The notes below the pieces were generated by a model, which saw only the letters and a program-made list of their open reading frames with translations, did not search any database and was not told where the DNA came from. Shown here piece by piece: positions 47,611-56,705 of a DNA stretch of 64,000 bases. Location: assembly GCA_964350735.1 (NCBI GenBank), contig CAYGKO010000001.1, positions 18,134-82,133 on the forward strand, given 5' to 3'. The first letter of the stretch is position 1. The number at the start of each line of letters is the position of its first letter. This DNA comes from an uncultured Candidatus Saccharibacteria bacterium (lineage in GTDB: Bacteria > Patescibacteriota > Minisyncoccia > Phycocordibacterales > UBA918). The position numbers and the translations under genes are program-made.

Positions 47611-48924
47611 TTAGAATAAGTCGGCACTAGTGACACTTTGCTGTCGTTTGTTGTAATTGATTGATCGCTTGTCGAAGAAGTCAACGTGCTTGGTTGCAAT
47701 CACCTCATCATCAAACCATTCAGTATTCTCAAGTAGAGCGTCGTCTACACCAAAGACGGCGTCCATACCAATTCCTTTCAGAGATTTGTTGAGACGATGT
47801 TTGATAAACTCTTTTACTTCAGCGGCTGGCATGAAGTCGAGCTCCCCTGCTTCAAAGATCCAGTCGACAATCGCACTTTCAGCTTGATAGGCTTCGATAC
47901 ACATAGTACGCACCATTTCTCGATGTGAATCATCAAACCATTCAGGATGCTCACTCTTAATGATATTGATCAAGTCAGTCCCGAACAAACCGTGGATCTG
48001 CTCTTCTTTACTCGTTGCTTCTACTGCGTTACTCATTCCTTTAAATAGGTTCTTGTGCTTGTTAAAGCTCATCATGATAAGGAACTGTGAGAATAGCGAT
48101 ACGTGCTCAATAAAGAGTGAGAACAGTAGTACTGACTGTGTATACTCGCGATTTTCATTCGTCTTGCCGAGAGTAAGCACCTTGTCGAGGTACGCGATTC
48201 GCTTTTGGATCACTGGCACTTCGTGCAGTGTCTTAAAATCATCATTGAGACCAAGAATCTCGAGCAAGTGTGCGTACGCATCCATGTGCCGTACTTCTGA
48301 TTCGGCAAAGGTGAATCCTACCGCGCCAATTTCTGGCTTCGGCATCTTTTGATACAAACTACCCCAGAAGGTCTTCACCGATACTTCGATCTGTGCAATC
48401 GCGAGCATGGTGCGCTTGATGGCATTACGCTCTGATTCAGTCACGTTCACTTTGAAGTCACCAATATCACCAGTGAAGTTGAATTCCGTGTGGATCCAGT
48501 ATGAGTGCCGGACAGCATCGACATATGATGCGAGTTCTGGGTACTCGTATGGCTTGAGATTCGTTCGTTTATGGAAGATGTCACGTTCCCGCATCTGCTT
48601 CCGCTGCGCTCGGTAGATGATGTACGACTTGGCAGTCTCGAAGTAGTCGAGCTCCATCAAAGCCGCCTCAACGAGGTCTTGGACTTCTTCAACGGTTGGA
48701 TAGCCGTCTTTACACATCTTAGCTTTGACGTCGTCAGCTGGCGCGGTGCCAGCTTGCACGCACATTGCGACGGCTTTCTCATGCACGCAGTCGGCTACTT
48801 TTTGAGCATCTGCATCAGTACCTTCTTTGGTTTCCGAAAAAGCTTTGGCGACAGCTTTGGCGATCTTGGCAGCCGTGAACGGCACCATTGATCCATCTCG
48901 TTTACGAATTTGGCTAATTTCCAT
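47611..48924 (-). CDS. nrdB: Class I ribonucleotide reductase beta subunit with N-terminal ATP-cone
   Basis: IRKRDG...F...KI and VEEVQDLVE..L ATP-cone; QIE, E.RH..AY, IEH.SLFSQF, EE.IH, DFF..R...Y. Confidence 0.93.
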   Translation of the reverse strand: MEISQIRKRDGSMVPFTAAKIAKAVAKAFSETKEGTDADAQKVADCVHEKAVAMCVQAGTAPADDVKAKMCKDGYPTVEEVQDLVEAALMELDYFETAKSYIIYRAQRKQMRERDIFHKRTNLKPYEYPELASYVDAVRHSYWIHTEFNFTGDIGDFKVNVTESERNAIKRTMLAIAQIEVSVKTFWGSLYQKMPKPEIGAVGFTFAESEVRHMDAYAHLLEILGLNDDFKTLHEVPVIQKRIAYLDKVLTLGKTNENREYTQSVLLFSLFIEHVSLFSQFLIMMSFNKHKNLFKGMSNAVEATSKEEQIHGLFGTDLINIIKSEHPEWFDDSHREMVRTMCIEAYQAESAIVDWIFEAGELDFMPAAEVKEFIKHRLNKSLKGIGMDAVFGVDDALLENTEWFDDEVIATKHVDFFDKRSINYNKRQQSVTSADLF

Positions 48925-49381
48925 AGGGTTATTAAGAACGTGACAAGGTTTATAAATAAGTAATCTATTCTTCGCATTCAGTATCTGAACGCTTGTCTGG
49001 TGTAGTACCCGGTACAGACCGTTGTGTCGCGATCCACAACAATCTGTACCGGGAACCAAACCGGTCATCAAGGACATCCTCCCCTTCAGCTGAGGGCAGT
49101 AAAGAGACACGAGGGCAGACTATGCCGACGTGAACAGGATGTTCATAGATAATCTCTCACAAAAGTGATTGGTGGTGTGGAGTACATACGGTTGTATGGC
49201 CGTATGCGCATGCAGAAGCTAGTCGTTGTACAAGCTCTGAACAATCATTTTTAAGAAAGATCGTTACATTCATTGCATTCAATAGTGAGATAAAGGCAAC
49301 AGCATGTGCGATACATGACTCCAAAATGTAGAGCGCGTGCCTTATCTCCGACACACACGTAGGAGTAACTCAACGTGTGAT
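48925..49381 (-). ncRNA. Candidate long structured 5' leader/ncRNA upstream of nrdB
   Basis: At least six helices, including two multibranch domains; -10-like TACTAT at 49393-49388. Confidence 0.45.
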
Positions 49382-49581
49382 ATTTAGATAGTAGCGCTGC
49401 TGCGCGGATTTGTAAAATAGGGCTAAGGTTGGTCCTTTTGGGGAAAAATACTGCACATAAATGCAAAATAGCCTGAAGAATGGGGCTGAATTTTCTGCCT
49501 CAACATCTAGCCCTATTCTATAACCTGTGGATAGCCACGCACTCTTTGCTTGCGCAAGTATTTAAGGGTGTGGTGTGGTGC

Positions 49582-49620
49582 AAAAATCGACTGGATTCAC
49601 AGATGAATCCAGTCGATTTT
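49582..49620 (-). terminator. Terminator downstream of mscL
   Basis: AAAATCGACTGGATTCA-caga-TGAATCCAGTCGATTTT. Confidence 0.75.
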
Positions 49621-49637
49621 CTTTTACAAACTTGAGA

Positions 49638-50030
49638 TTATCGTCGCAATCCGTCTCGAATCTCACGTAGTAGCTTCACCTCTTCTGAAGGCTCGACTGG
49701 CTTTTCTTCAGTCACTTCTTCTGGCTCAGAAGCTACTGATTTCGCTTTGTTGATCATCTTTACCATCATAAAGATGGCAAGAGCAACAATCACGAAGTCG
49801 AGCACTGACTGGATGAACATACCATAGCTCACCACCGCTTCTCCAACTGTAACTGACAAGCTAGCAAAACTCACACCACCGAGTAGTACCCCTACCAGCG
49901 GCATCACGATGTTATCAACCAGTGATGATACAATCTTCCCAAAGGCGGCACCGATCACTACCGCTACCGCCAGGTCAATGACATTGCCTTTAACCGCAAA
50001 CGCTTTGAACTCTTCAATAAATCCTTTCAT
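49638..50030 (-). CDS. mscL: Large-conductance mechanosensitive channel
   Basis: [27 protein letters not shown]. Confidence 0.97.
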   Translation of the reverse strand: MKGFIEEFKAFAVKGNVIDLAVAVVIGAAFGKIVSSLVDNIVMPLVGVLLGGVSFASLSVTVGEAVVSYGMFIQSVLDFVIVALAIFMMVKMINKAKSVASEPEEVTEEKPVEPSEEVKLLREIRDGLRR

Positions 50031-50075
50031 ATATAATAATCTTACGTTTAATTAAATTTCGATCATTATAGCGGC

Positions 50076-51188
50076 TTAGTGATGGTGATGTCCGTGAGAC
50101 GATGAAACATGCCGCTCGTCAACTCCGTGGGTACCAAACCACCACGCCGCTAGAATGGTGGTACATGGCACTGCCAGCACCAGCCCAATACTCCCCACCA
50201 TAATCCGCACCAACTCAGCCGCCACCACTTCTTGATTTAGAATATGTGTGATCGGCGCTTCACTCCCCGAGAGGAAGAGTACGAGCGGTAATGAAATACC
50301 AACGTACGCCAAGGCAAGTGTATTTACGAGCGATCCCACATGGTCACGTCCCACCCGGATAGCCCGAGTATACAGCTCACTGATTGAAAAAGACTCATTA
50401 GCGGCTTTCAACTCCTGCACTACTGATGCTTGGGTGATTGACACATCATCAAGAATCCCCAAGATTCCAATAATGATCGAACCGAGCAATAAACCAGCAA
50501 AATCAAGTCGCCCGTCCGTGGCGAAGTTGAGATACACCGACGCATCAGACCCAAAGCCCGTCAGCCGCATTGAGAACACCCACCACCACGCTACCAAGCC
50601 AGTAAACAACACGGCTGCCATCGTCCCACCATACGCCAAGATCACGTGAGGGCGTACACCATGGGTCCCAAAGAGCACTACCGCTAAGATAACCGCTGCG
50701 ATCCCAATGCTGGTAAGAATCGGATTGTACCCAGCTAGCAGAAGCGGCACCAGAATAAACAAAATCGCTCCCACACTCACTCCCAGTGACAACAGCGCCC
50801 GCACTCCTTGTCTCCCCGCGAACCACACCAACAGCCCGATGAACAACAGTGCCAGCGACAGTAGCTCAGTCCGGCGGTCAATATCCTTTAATATGAATAG
50901 CTCATCACCATTGATCGTGACCTGACGATTGAGAAAGATCCGTTCGCCCGGCTGCAGTGGGATCAAATCATTCTCAAACTCCACTACATCCCCCGCGCGT
51001 GTCCCGTCAAAAATCTCTACTGTAATAGTTTGAGTTACCGCCTCAGCATTAGTGCCGGCAATCTCCCGTACCTCTTCACTCAGTATTTCTTTTACCTCAG
51101 CTCGCACTGTCTCAATGTCAGCATCTAAAATCTGAGCTGAAGCGCTAAACGGCAACAGTGCTAGCGCAACTAAAAAGAGCCATCGCAT
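50076..51188 (-). CDS. YibE/F family membrane protein
   Basis: G.LDDV...Q.S.V.EL, GRDH....VNTL.LAY.G, GSIGL...VP. Confidence 0.88.
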   Translation of the reverse strand: MRWLFLVALALLPFSASAQILDADIETVRAEVKEILSEEVREIAGTNAEAVTQTITVEIFDGTRAGDVVEFENDLIPLQPGERIFLNRQVTINGDELFILKDIDRRTELLSLALLFIGLLVWFAGRQGVRALLSLGVSVGAILFILVPLLLAGYNPILTSIGIAAVILAVVLFGTHGVRPHVILAYGGTMAAVLFTGLVAWWWVFSMRLTGFGSDASVYLNFATDGRLDFAGLLLGSIIIGILGILDDVSITQASVVQELKAANESFSISELYTRAIRVGRDHVGSLVNTLALAYVGISLPLVLFLSGSEAPITHILNQEVVAAELVRIMVGSIGLVLAVPCTTILAAWWFGTHGVDERHVSSSHGHHHH

Positions 51189-51282
51189 ACTAAAAAATAA
51201 ACCGCGCTAAATAAAAGCCCACTCCAGCAAAAAAGAGGAAGGTGAAAAACATCGTGACTTTTCGTGATTCGTCATCCATAGG

Positions 51283-51624
51283 CTATCGCAGTAAGTAAAT
51301 ACCGATAATGATAAAAAGTAAACCGACGATCTTTATTAGAGTCACCTGTGCACCCAAAAACGCTACTGAAAACACAAAAGAAGTAAGTACCCCGACCGAA
51401 ATCGCGATTGGGATTGCCAACTGTGTAGTCAGAAAACCGAAGTACAGCGCTCCCCCAAGGAGAGCATTAGCAACCAAAACTACTCCAAGTGGTAGCGGTT
51501 TAAAGGTGCTGATCAAGGCATTTGTGAAAGAAGTGCTTTCAGGACCAACTAATCTACCAAAGATAGAAATGCCAATATACCCGATAATCGACAAGCCGAT
51601 AAAATAAATCCAAGTCATATTCAT
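51283..51624 (-). CDS. Small multi-TM membrane protein (SMR/EamA-like)
   Basis: Four hydrophobic helices, K.VG...I..G..L C-terminus. Confidence 0.5.
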   Translation of the reverse strand: MNMTWIYFIGLSIIGYIGISIFGRLVGPESTSFTNALISTFKPLPLGVVLVANALLGGALYFGFLTTQLAIPIAISVGVLTSFVFSVAFLGAQVTLIKIVGLLFIIIGIYLLR

Positions 51625-51737
51625 AAGTATACGTGAGCAGTGGCAGACAAAGAAGCGGCTGACATTTACTTTTGTGCAGAAAATAGGTATAGTTTTGCCC
51701 ACTGATGTTGATGGGCGATGCTGATCAACCAGGAAAT

Positions 51738-51813
51738 GGCGACTATAGTATAACGGTTAGTGCACCGGTTTGTGGTACCGGCAGTTCGGGTTCGATTCCC
51801 GGTAGTCGCCCCA
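51738..51813 (+). tRNA. tRNA-His (GTG)
   Basis: G-1, acceptor GCGACTA/TAGTCGC, anticodon arm CCGGT-TTGTGGT-ACCGG, TTCGATT T-loop, discriminator C, CCA. Confidence 0.96.
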
Positions 51814-53418
51814 AGTGAGAATAAGTTGAGCAAAACGTGCATTTCGTGTTGCTATATCTAGGTTTTCTTCCAGTTCGAGCCGCTTATATTCGGCTTCTAA
51901 TTCTGGGTACGCTTTTTCGATTGGAACGAACCAATCACTAGGAGAAATAAGGACTTTTTGGTCCTTTAGAGTAAAGTTCTGACCAAGTGCAGAAAAAATC
52001 TCTCGCTTCTCCTGGATACTCCCAAACATGAAGCTTGCTCGTGCGTGCCGTGCGAAGTTAAATGTACGCTCGCTGAGGTCTAGCCAGGTCTTTGCTCGAT
52101 TCTCTGTTGAGTTCAACTGCAACTTCAATTTGCCTAGCTGCAACTTCAATCCCTTCTTTTCTTTAATGAAGGTCTCATCGTCAATCAAGCTCCGGTAGCG
52201 CATCTGTGTCAGAGTGTCTAGCTCTGTCTGAGTCTTGTTGTACGCTTTTTGTTGTGACTCGTAGATTTTGGTGCGTTCTTGAATCTCGGTGTCATTCTTT
52301 TCATTGATGATTTCAAGTGCCCACTCCTGAAAGACTGGCAAGATAGTGTACCGCTCAAGTTCTACATCCACCTGACGCTCAAATTCATCCAAGGTGACTG
52401 GTTTTTGCTTACAGGTACACTTTCCATTCTCCCCTTTCTTTTTCTTGGTGCAGTGATAATAAGAATAGGTCTTAAGCTCATTCGTCTTCAAGACAATTTT
52501 TTGCTTAGCAGAATACGTACACGCTCCACCACATTCACCACAAACAACCATCCCTGTGAAGGATGATTCGTGTACTTGATTACGAGGCTTCCCTTTCCGC
52601 CCGAGGATTACCTGGGCTTTATCGTATTCATCAATGGTAATCATTGGCTTGTGGTTACCGTTTTCATACACTGTGCCCGACCAAGCAAACATCCCGGTAT
52701 AGAAGATGTTATTAAAGATTCGGTACAGTGAACTTTCAGCAATAGGACCATCACCTGACCGCTTGAACTTTGGCGTCCGGAAACCCCATTCTTCATTAGC
52801 AATCTTACGAATCTGCGGCACAGTATAGTTTCCAGACAGCAACATATCCCACATTTTGCGAACCATGTCGAAGCGTTCTTTGTCAGGGTAAATCTCATTC
52901 ACAATCTTTTCATTGAAGTAACCAAGTGGTGCCCGTGACGGCAGCCACCCTTTATCTGCCTTGCTCTCCATACCTCGACGACTATCCTTTGCTAAATCTC
53001 GAACGAACTGGTTTGCCATGGCTCCTTCTACGTTGAATAGCAATACATTGTCCTCAGGTAGATACACCTTGTCACGAGTAATAATCGTTTTAAGGACACC
53101 TGTCTGAAGCATCCAAGCTACCCGACCTTGGTCTACTGGATTCCGAAACAACCGATTCAAGTGCCAACAAATGATTCCATCAGCCTCACCTGCATCAATC
53201 CGGTCTAACATCTCATAAAATGTCTTTCTCACGTAGGGCTGCTTAGCTGACTTTGATTCAGGCATGATGTCTACTAACTTATGCTTCATCTCAGCAGACC
53301 TTGTCTTAATGAAATCAGTTTGGTCACCAATAGATTGCAGCTGATTGTCCGAAGACTCATCAGAAGATTTACGGGGGTATCCGAGTAATTTTAGTTTTAG
53401 TTCTTGCATTTTATTCAT
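51757..53418 (-). CDS. Large serine recombinase (integrase); 3' end runs antisense through tRNA-His
   Basis: YPRKSS catalytic motif, ESKSA, NRL.RN, recombinase domain (P.GY, N.FYTG, H.P.I), CGECG..YY.C zinc ribbon, coiled coil. Confidence 0.93.
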   Translation of the reverse strand: MNKMQELKLKLLGYPRKSSDESSDNQLQSIGDQTDFIKTRSAEMKHKLVDIMPESKSAKQPYVRKTFYEMLDRIDAGEADGIICWHLNRLFRNPVDQGRVAWMLQTGVLKTIITRDKVYLPEDNVLLFNVEGAMANQFVRDLAKDSRRGMESKADKGWLPSRAPLGYFNEKIVNEIYPDKERFDMVRKMWDMLLSGNYTVPQIRKIANEEWGFRTPKFKRSGDGPIAESSLYRIFNNIFYTGMFAWSGTVYENGNHKPMITIDEYDKAQVILGRKGKPRNQVHESSFTGMVVCGECGGACTYSAKQKIVLKTNELKTYSYYHCTKKKKGENGKCTCKQKPVTLDEFERQVDVELERYTILPVFQEWALEIINEKNDTEIQERTKIYESQQKAYNKTQTELDTLTQMRYRSLIDDETFIKEKKGLKLQLGKLKLQLNSTENRAKTWLDLSERTFNFARHARASFMFGSIQEKREIFSALGQNFTLKDQKVLISPSDWFVPIEKAYPELEAEYKRLELEENLDIATRNARFAQLILTWGDYRESNPNCRYHKPVH

Positions 53419-53429
53419 TTTACATTATT

Positions 53430-53651
53430 TTAATTCTCTTCGCCTAAGCGCTTTTCTAGGTCTGTTTGAGTTGCTAGTCGATGCAAATCAATTTCAGCCT
53501 CCTGCTCAGAGGTCATCGGCTTGTAGACCACAGACAGCAAATTAACCAGCTTGAGACCTTGCTCAGCTGCTTCTGCTTTTGTTATATCGGTCCCAAACTG
53601 TGCTTTATGGATAGCTTGGAATTGTGCAATATTTTTGTCTGTTAGAGTCAC
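53430..53651 (-). CDS. Small protein directly upstream of the integrase (possible directionality factor)
   Basis: GTG start with AAAG upstream, 11 nt from the integrase start; function is inference only. Confidence 0.55.
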   Translation of the reverse strand: MTLTDKNIAQFQAIHKAQFGTDITKAEAAEQGLKLVNLLSVVYKPMTSEQEAEIDLHRLATQTDLEKRLGEEN

Positions 53652-53754
53652 GCTTTAGGAGAAAATTACTGGTAACAGGGATTCGACTACTTCCCTATAC
53701 CTTAATTGTCTCTCGCTACCTGTGACCGATTGTCAGGTAAAGTGACCCACCGAT

Positions 53755-54525
53755 TTAGTATCTGCGTAACACCCTATGTTGAATTGAAGTGTCAAAAAAG
53801 TCCTCAGCTGTAACCAAGCTATCCTTAAATACCTCATTAACGGCTCTGCACGCATCTTTAATTGCCCTTCCAGTTGGCTCCCTTAGGCCAGTGCTTTCTG
53901 CATCAATCCAAGTGGCTATTTGTGCTACATCAACCTGCTCATTCTTAGTCTTTTGGGTAACCATGTACTGAGTAACCAGGTCCATTAGTGATTCACTTTC
54001 TAAAGCAATTCGCACTGTATCTATTATTAAATTATGGTTCTCATAGGCAATCACAGCTGAGGACAAATCCACTGTAGCCTGATGCGACCCTGACCGACTT
54101 CTCTGGGTTCTTTTTGCTATCATTTGCCTCCCTGTATTAACGGCCTCCATGACCTCTGAAGGCACAGGAGTCCCATATCCTTTCTTGGCAATATTATATG
54201 GCTTCAGGTCTCCCCGGGCATTTTGTATCTGATTCCATGCTTCCTCGGTAGTTTGCGACAAGGTTCTAGTTGGCAGCAGGCGTTCGAGAGTCAGAGGATG
54301 CACGTTACTCCCTGCCTCTTCGGGGTCCAGTGAGGCCAATTCGTAGTATTTGTGTAATAGCTCTTTCAGGCCTCCCGGACGCAAATAAAAAATGTCTAGC
54401 TGTTCGGGTGACTCATCGGACTTCAGGACGTGGGCTGCCATATCACCATACAGATAATACAAATCAGTTAAAGCATTAAGAGCTTCTTTGTTTACTGCAT
54501 TATTGGTGGGGCGTCCGGGAGGCAT
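53755..54525 (-). CDS. Hypothetical protein, possible C-terminal winged-helix regulator
   Basis: 256-aa ORF; C-terminal R.I.DA.R.VN helix pattern. Confidence 0.5.
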   Translation of the reverse strand: MPPGRPTNNAVNKEALNALTDLYYLYGDMAAHVLKSDESPEQLDIFYLRPGGLKELLHKYYELASLDPEEAGSNVHPLTLERLLPTRTLSQTTEEAWNQIQNARGDLKPYNIAKKGYGTPVPSEVMEAVNTGRQMIAKRTQRSRSGSHQATVDLSSAVIAYENHNLIIDTVRIALESESLMDLVTQYMVTQKTKNEQVDVAQIATWIDAESTGLREPTGRAIKDACRAVNEVFKDSLVTAEDFFDTSIQHRVLRRY

Positions 54526-54777
54526 AAAAAAATACTACCCAATAAAGTAGTAATTGACCAGACACAAATATCGCTAATTTACACACCCGGTTACCTCCCC
54601 TGTATCCCAACCCTGCTACCCTTGGTGAAGTATGTATACGTGGTGCATCCCTTTCTGCATTCCCTGCTACCCGGGTAAGCCATTTTCGCTATCGCATTCC
54701 TTTGTTTTATTTGTTATACGAGTGTTACCAAACCTGACTACCCGACTTGGTATATGTTTGTAGGGTAACAATTGATT

Positions 54778-55400
54778 CAATCCCCGACTTCTAGGACAAG
54801 AGAGGGCTAAAGCGGTCTGGGGATTGCCATGTACCACTTGTACCTATATGCCTGATTCCGTTTTCTCTCGGGACACACTTACTTCACCACTGTCAGCATC
54901 ACACTCTCTGTGTTTCTTTTCGCCAGCATCTCCTTATATCCATTACTTCCATAACAAGGGGTAGTCTCCTGACGTGCCGCGTGCATACATCGCCAATGAA
55001 GTTTAGGTAAACGATGTAGAGGCTTCTAAAGTCATCTGTCTTACGTCCTAGTGTGTCAGCTAACGAATAAATCACGAGCTAACTCCCAGGAGCCGGAATG
55101 CTGTCCGAGCCGCATCAGAGCATAGAATTCGAAGGTTTCACCGCAGCCAGGGAGCAGGCCTTCGATTCGCGTCCTACACCTCCCCAGTATTAGCTAGCAT
55201 CACTGCTACAGCAAACCGAGGCTTTATTAGCACTTCGGTCACTGCCCCATTGTCCGAAAACAAGGAGACTCTCTGCGTATTCAATTGGGATTTGGATATA
55301 GGATTTCGTCTAGGAGAGCTATCTACCTACTACTGTACTTGAGTACCACACGGTTCAGCAAGTATTTGAAATTACGCCACACAAATATAATTGCTCTAGT
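54778..55400 (-). ncRNA. Candidate large structured RNA in the island
   Basis: Nested long-range helices, several local hairpins and a UUCG loop in an ORF-free 1.15-kb gap. Confidence 0.45.
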
Positions 55401-55679
55401 GACGCCATACTACAGTGACGTCTACTACCTTACTTATTAAAAATTACTGCCGGAAATTTTGACCCCCTACGACTATTTATACCAACTTCAATACCAAACA
55501 AAACTGTGAGCGCACCCGGTTTATAACAGTTTCCTTACTCCTGACACCCATATTGGAAACAGCTCCCCCTACTTCATTCCCGCAGAGGTTCTTGTAACTG
55601 GATTAGTGAAGAGCATTAATCATTCAGGCAACCACTCTTCGTGTTGTGATGCATACCAGCACTGCCACAAAAAAAAACT

Positions 55680-55991
55680 ATGAGAACACCAGCAGACGTA
55701 TTAAATAACCGACCACGGAGTAACTACCAAGGTTCTGAAGCAACTAAAGCTATGGTTGCCGACCAGATTAGAGAACGATGGGGTGAGAAAGAAGCAAGTT
55801 CATTTGACCCGTATCACGATTGCATGACGGCAACCGCTTGGTTTGCAGCTGGGTTCAAAATCAAGAAGGGTGAAAAGGCATTACGGTCCATTACATTTCT
55901 TGAGAGTGAAGACAATGAGGGTAATATACACCGCAAAATTCGTAGAGGAGTTTCTTTATTCCACAAACGACAAGTGACTCCAACATCATAA
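55680..55991 (+). CDS. ArdC-N-like ssDNA-binding protein
   Basis: T...W...G..IKKGEKA...I motif and terminal LF...QV. Confidence 0.65.
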   Translation: MRTPADVLNNRPRSNYQGSEATKAMVADQIRERWGEKEASSFDPYHDCMTATAWFAAGFKIKKGEKALRSITFLESEDNEGNIHRKIRRGVSLFHKRQVTPTS

Positions 55992-55996
55992 TTACC

Positions 55997-56527
55997 ATGA
56001 ATACATTTATCCCAACCCAGGCCCCGCACCTCCAAATGCCAGATGTACGTGACAGCAGACACCCAGCTAGGGCAGAAATCCAGCGCTGCTTAGGTGAATA
56101 TGATTTGAAAGCAATCGTGGAAGAAGATTTGCAGACGTCAGCTTTAATGAAGCATTTACCAGGCTTAATATCTTTTGTCTGCACACTGAAGCTGAAGGAC
56201 CGAGTAATATCGCAGGGCTATGGCAGCAGTATCCTGAATCAAAACAATCGTTACGTGAATCGGGCGGTCCACTCTGCCATGAATTCAGCGGTTGCCGACA
56301 GTGTTATACGGGCCACAAAAGTACTTGGAACGCTACAAGATGAAGTAGAGGCTATGATTGGTTCTGCGATGCCTCCTGAGCCCATTACAGAGCCCCAGAA
56401 GAAGTATTTGCGAGAGCTAGCCATGCAACAGATGAACGATGAGGACGAGCGTGAACAATTCCTCTCTGAGCTACCTGAACTAACTAAACAGGAGGCTTCA
56501 ATGAAGATTCAACAGCTGAAGAGCTAG
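55997..56527 (+). CDS. Putative single-strand annealing (Rad52/Sak-like) protein
   Basis: beta-beta-G.G then N.A...A..SA..D.V helix; C-terminal TE.Q..YL...LTK.EAS..I module. Confidence 0.45.
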   Translation: MNTFIPTQAPHLQMPDVRDSRHPARAEIQRCLGEYDLKAIVEEDLQTSALMKHLPGLISFVCTLKLKDRVISQGYGSSILNQNNRYVNRAVHSAMNSAVADSVIRATKVLGTLQDEVEAMIGSAMPPEPITEPQKKYLRELAMQQMNDEDEREQFLSELPELTKQEASMKIQQLKS

Positions 56528-56622
56528 CCATAAAGCCAGGTATCCAATGCGGTCCCTGGCTTTTGTTGTGTTATTTCCTCTAGAAAATCTGTTCACATGA
56601 GGTTATCCACACAACGATTCCT

Positions 56623-56650
56623 AAATCGCGGCTGTACTAAGCCGCGATTT
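56623..56650. promoter_or_regulatory. Inverted repeat containing two GCSGC sites upstream of the methyltransferase
   Basis: AAATCGCGGCT-gtacta-AGCCGCGATTT about 55 nt before the ATG. Confidence 0.55.
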
Positions 56651-56705
56651 GAATAGAGCCATATTATTAGCATCTAACACTTAGTATTTTATGTATAATG
56701 TACCC

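Noticed and set aside
49498-49535. NrdR box (CAACATCTAG) and near-DnaA box (TGTGGATAG) upstream of the nrd leader
   Set aside because: Single imperfect matches over 100 nt from the inferred promoter; suggestive but not supportable without a genome-wide model
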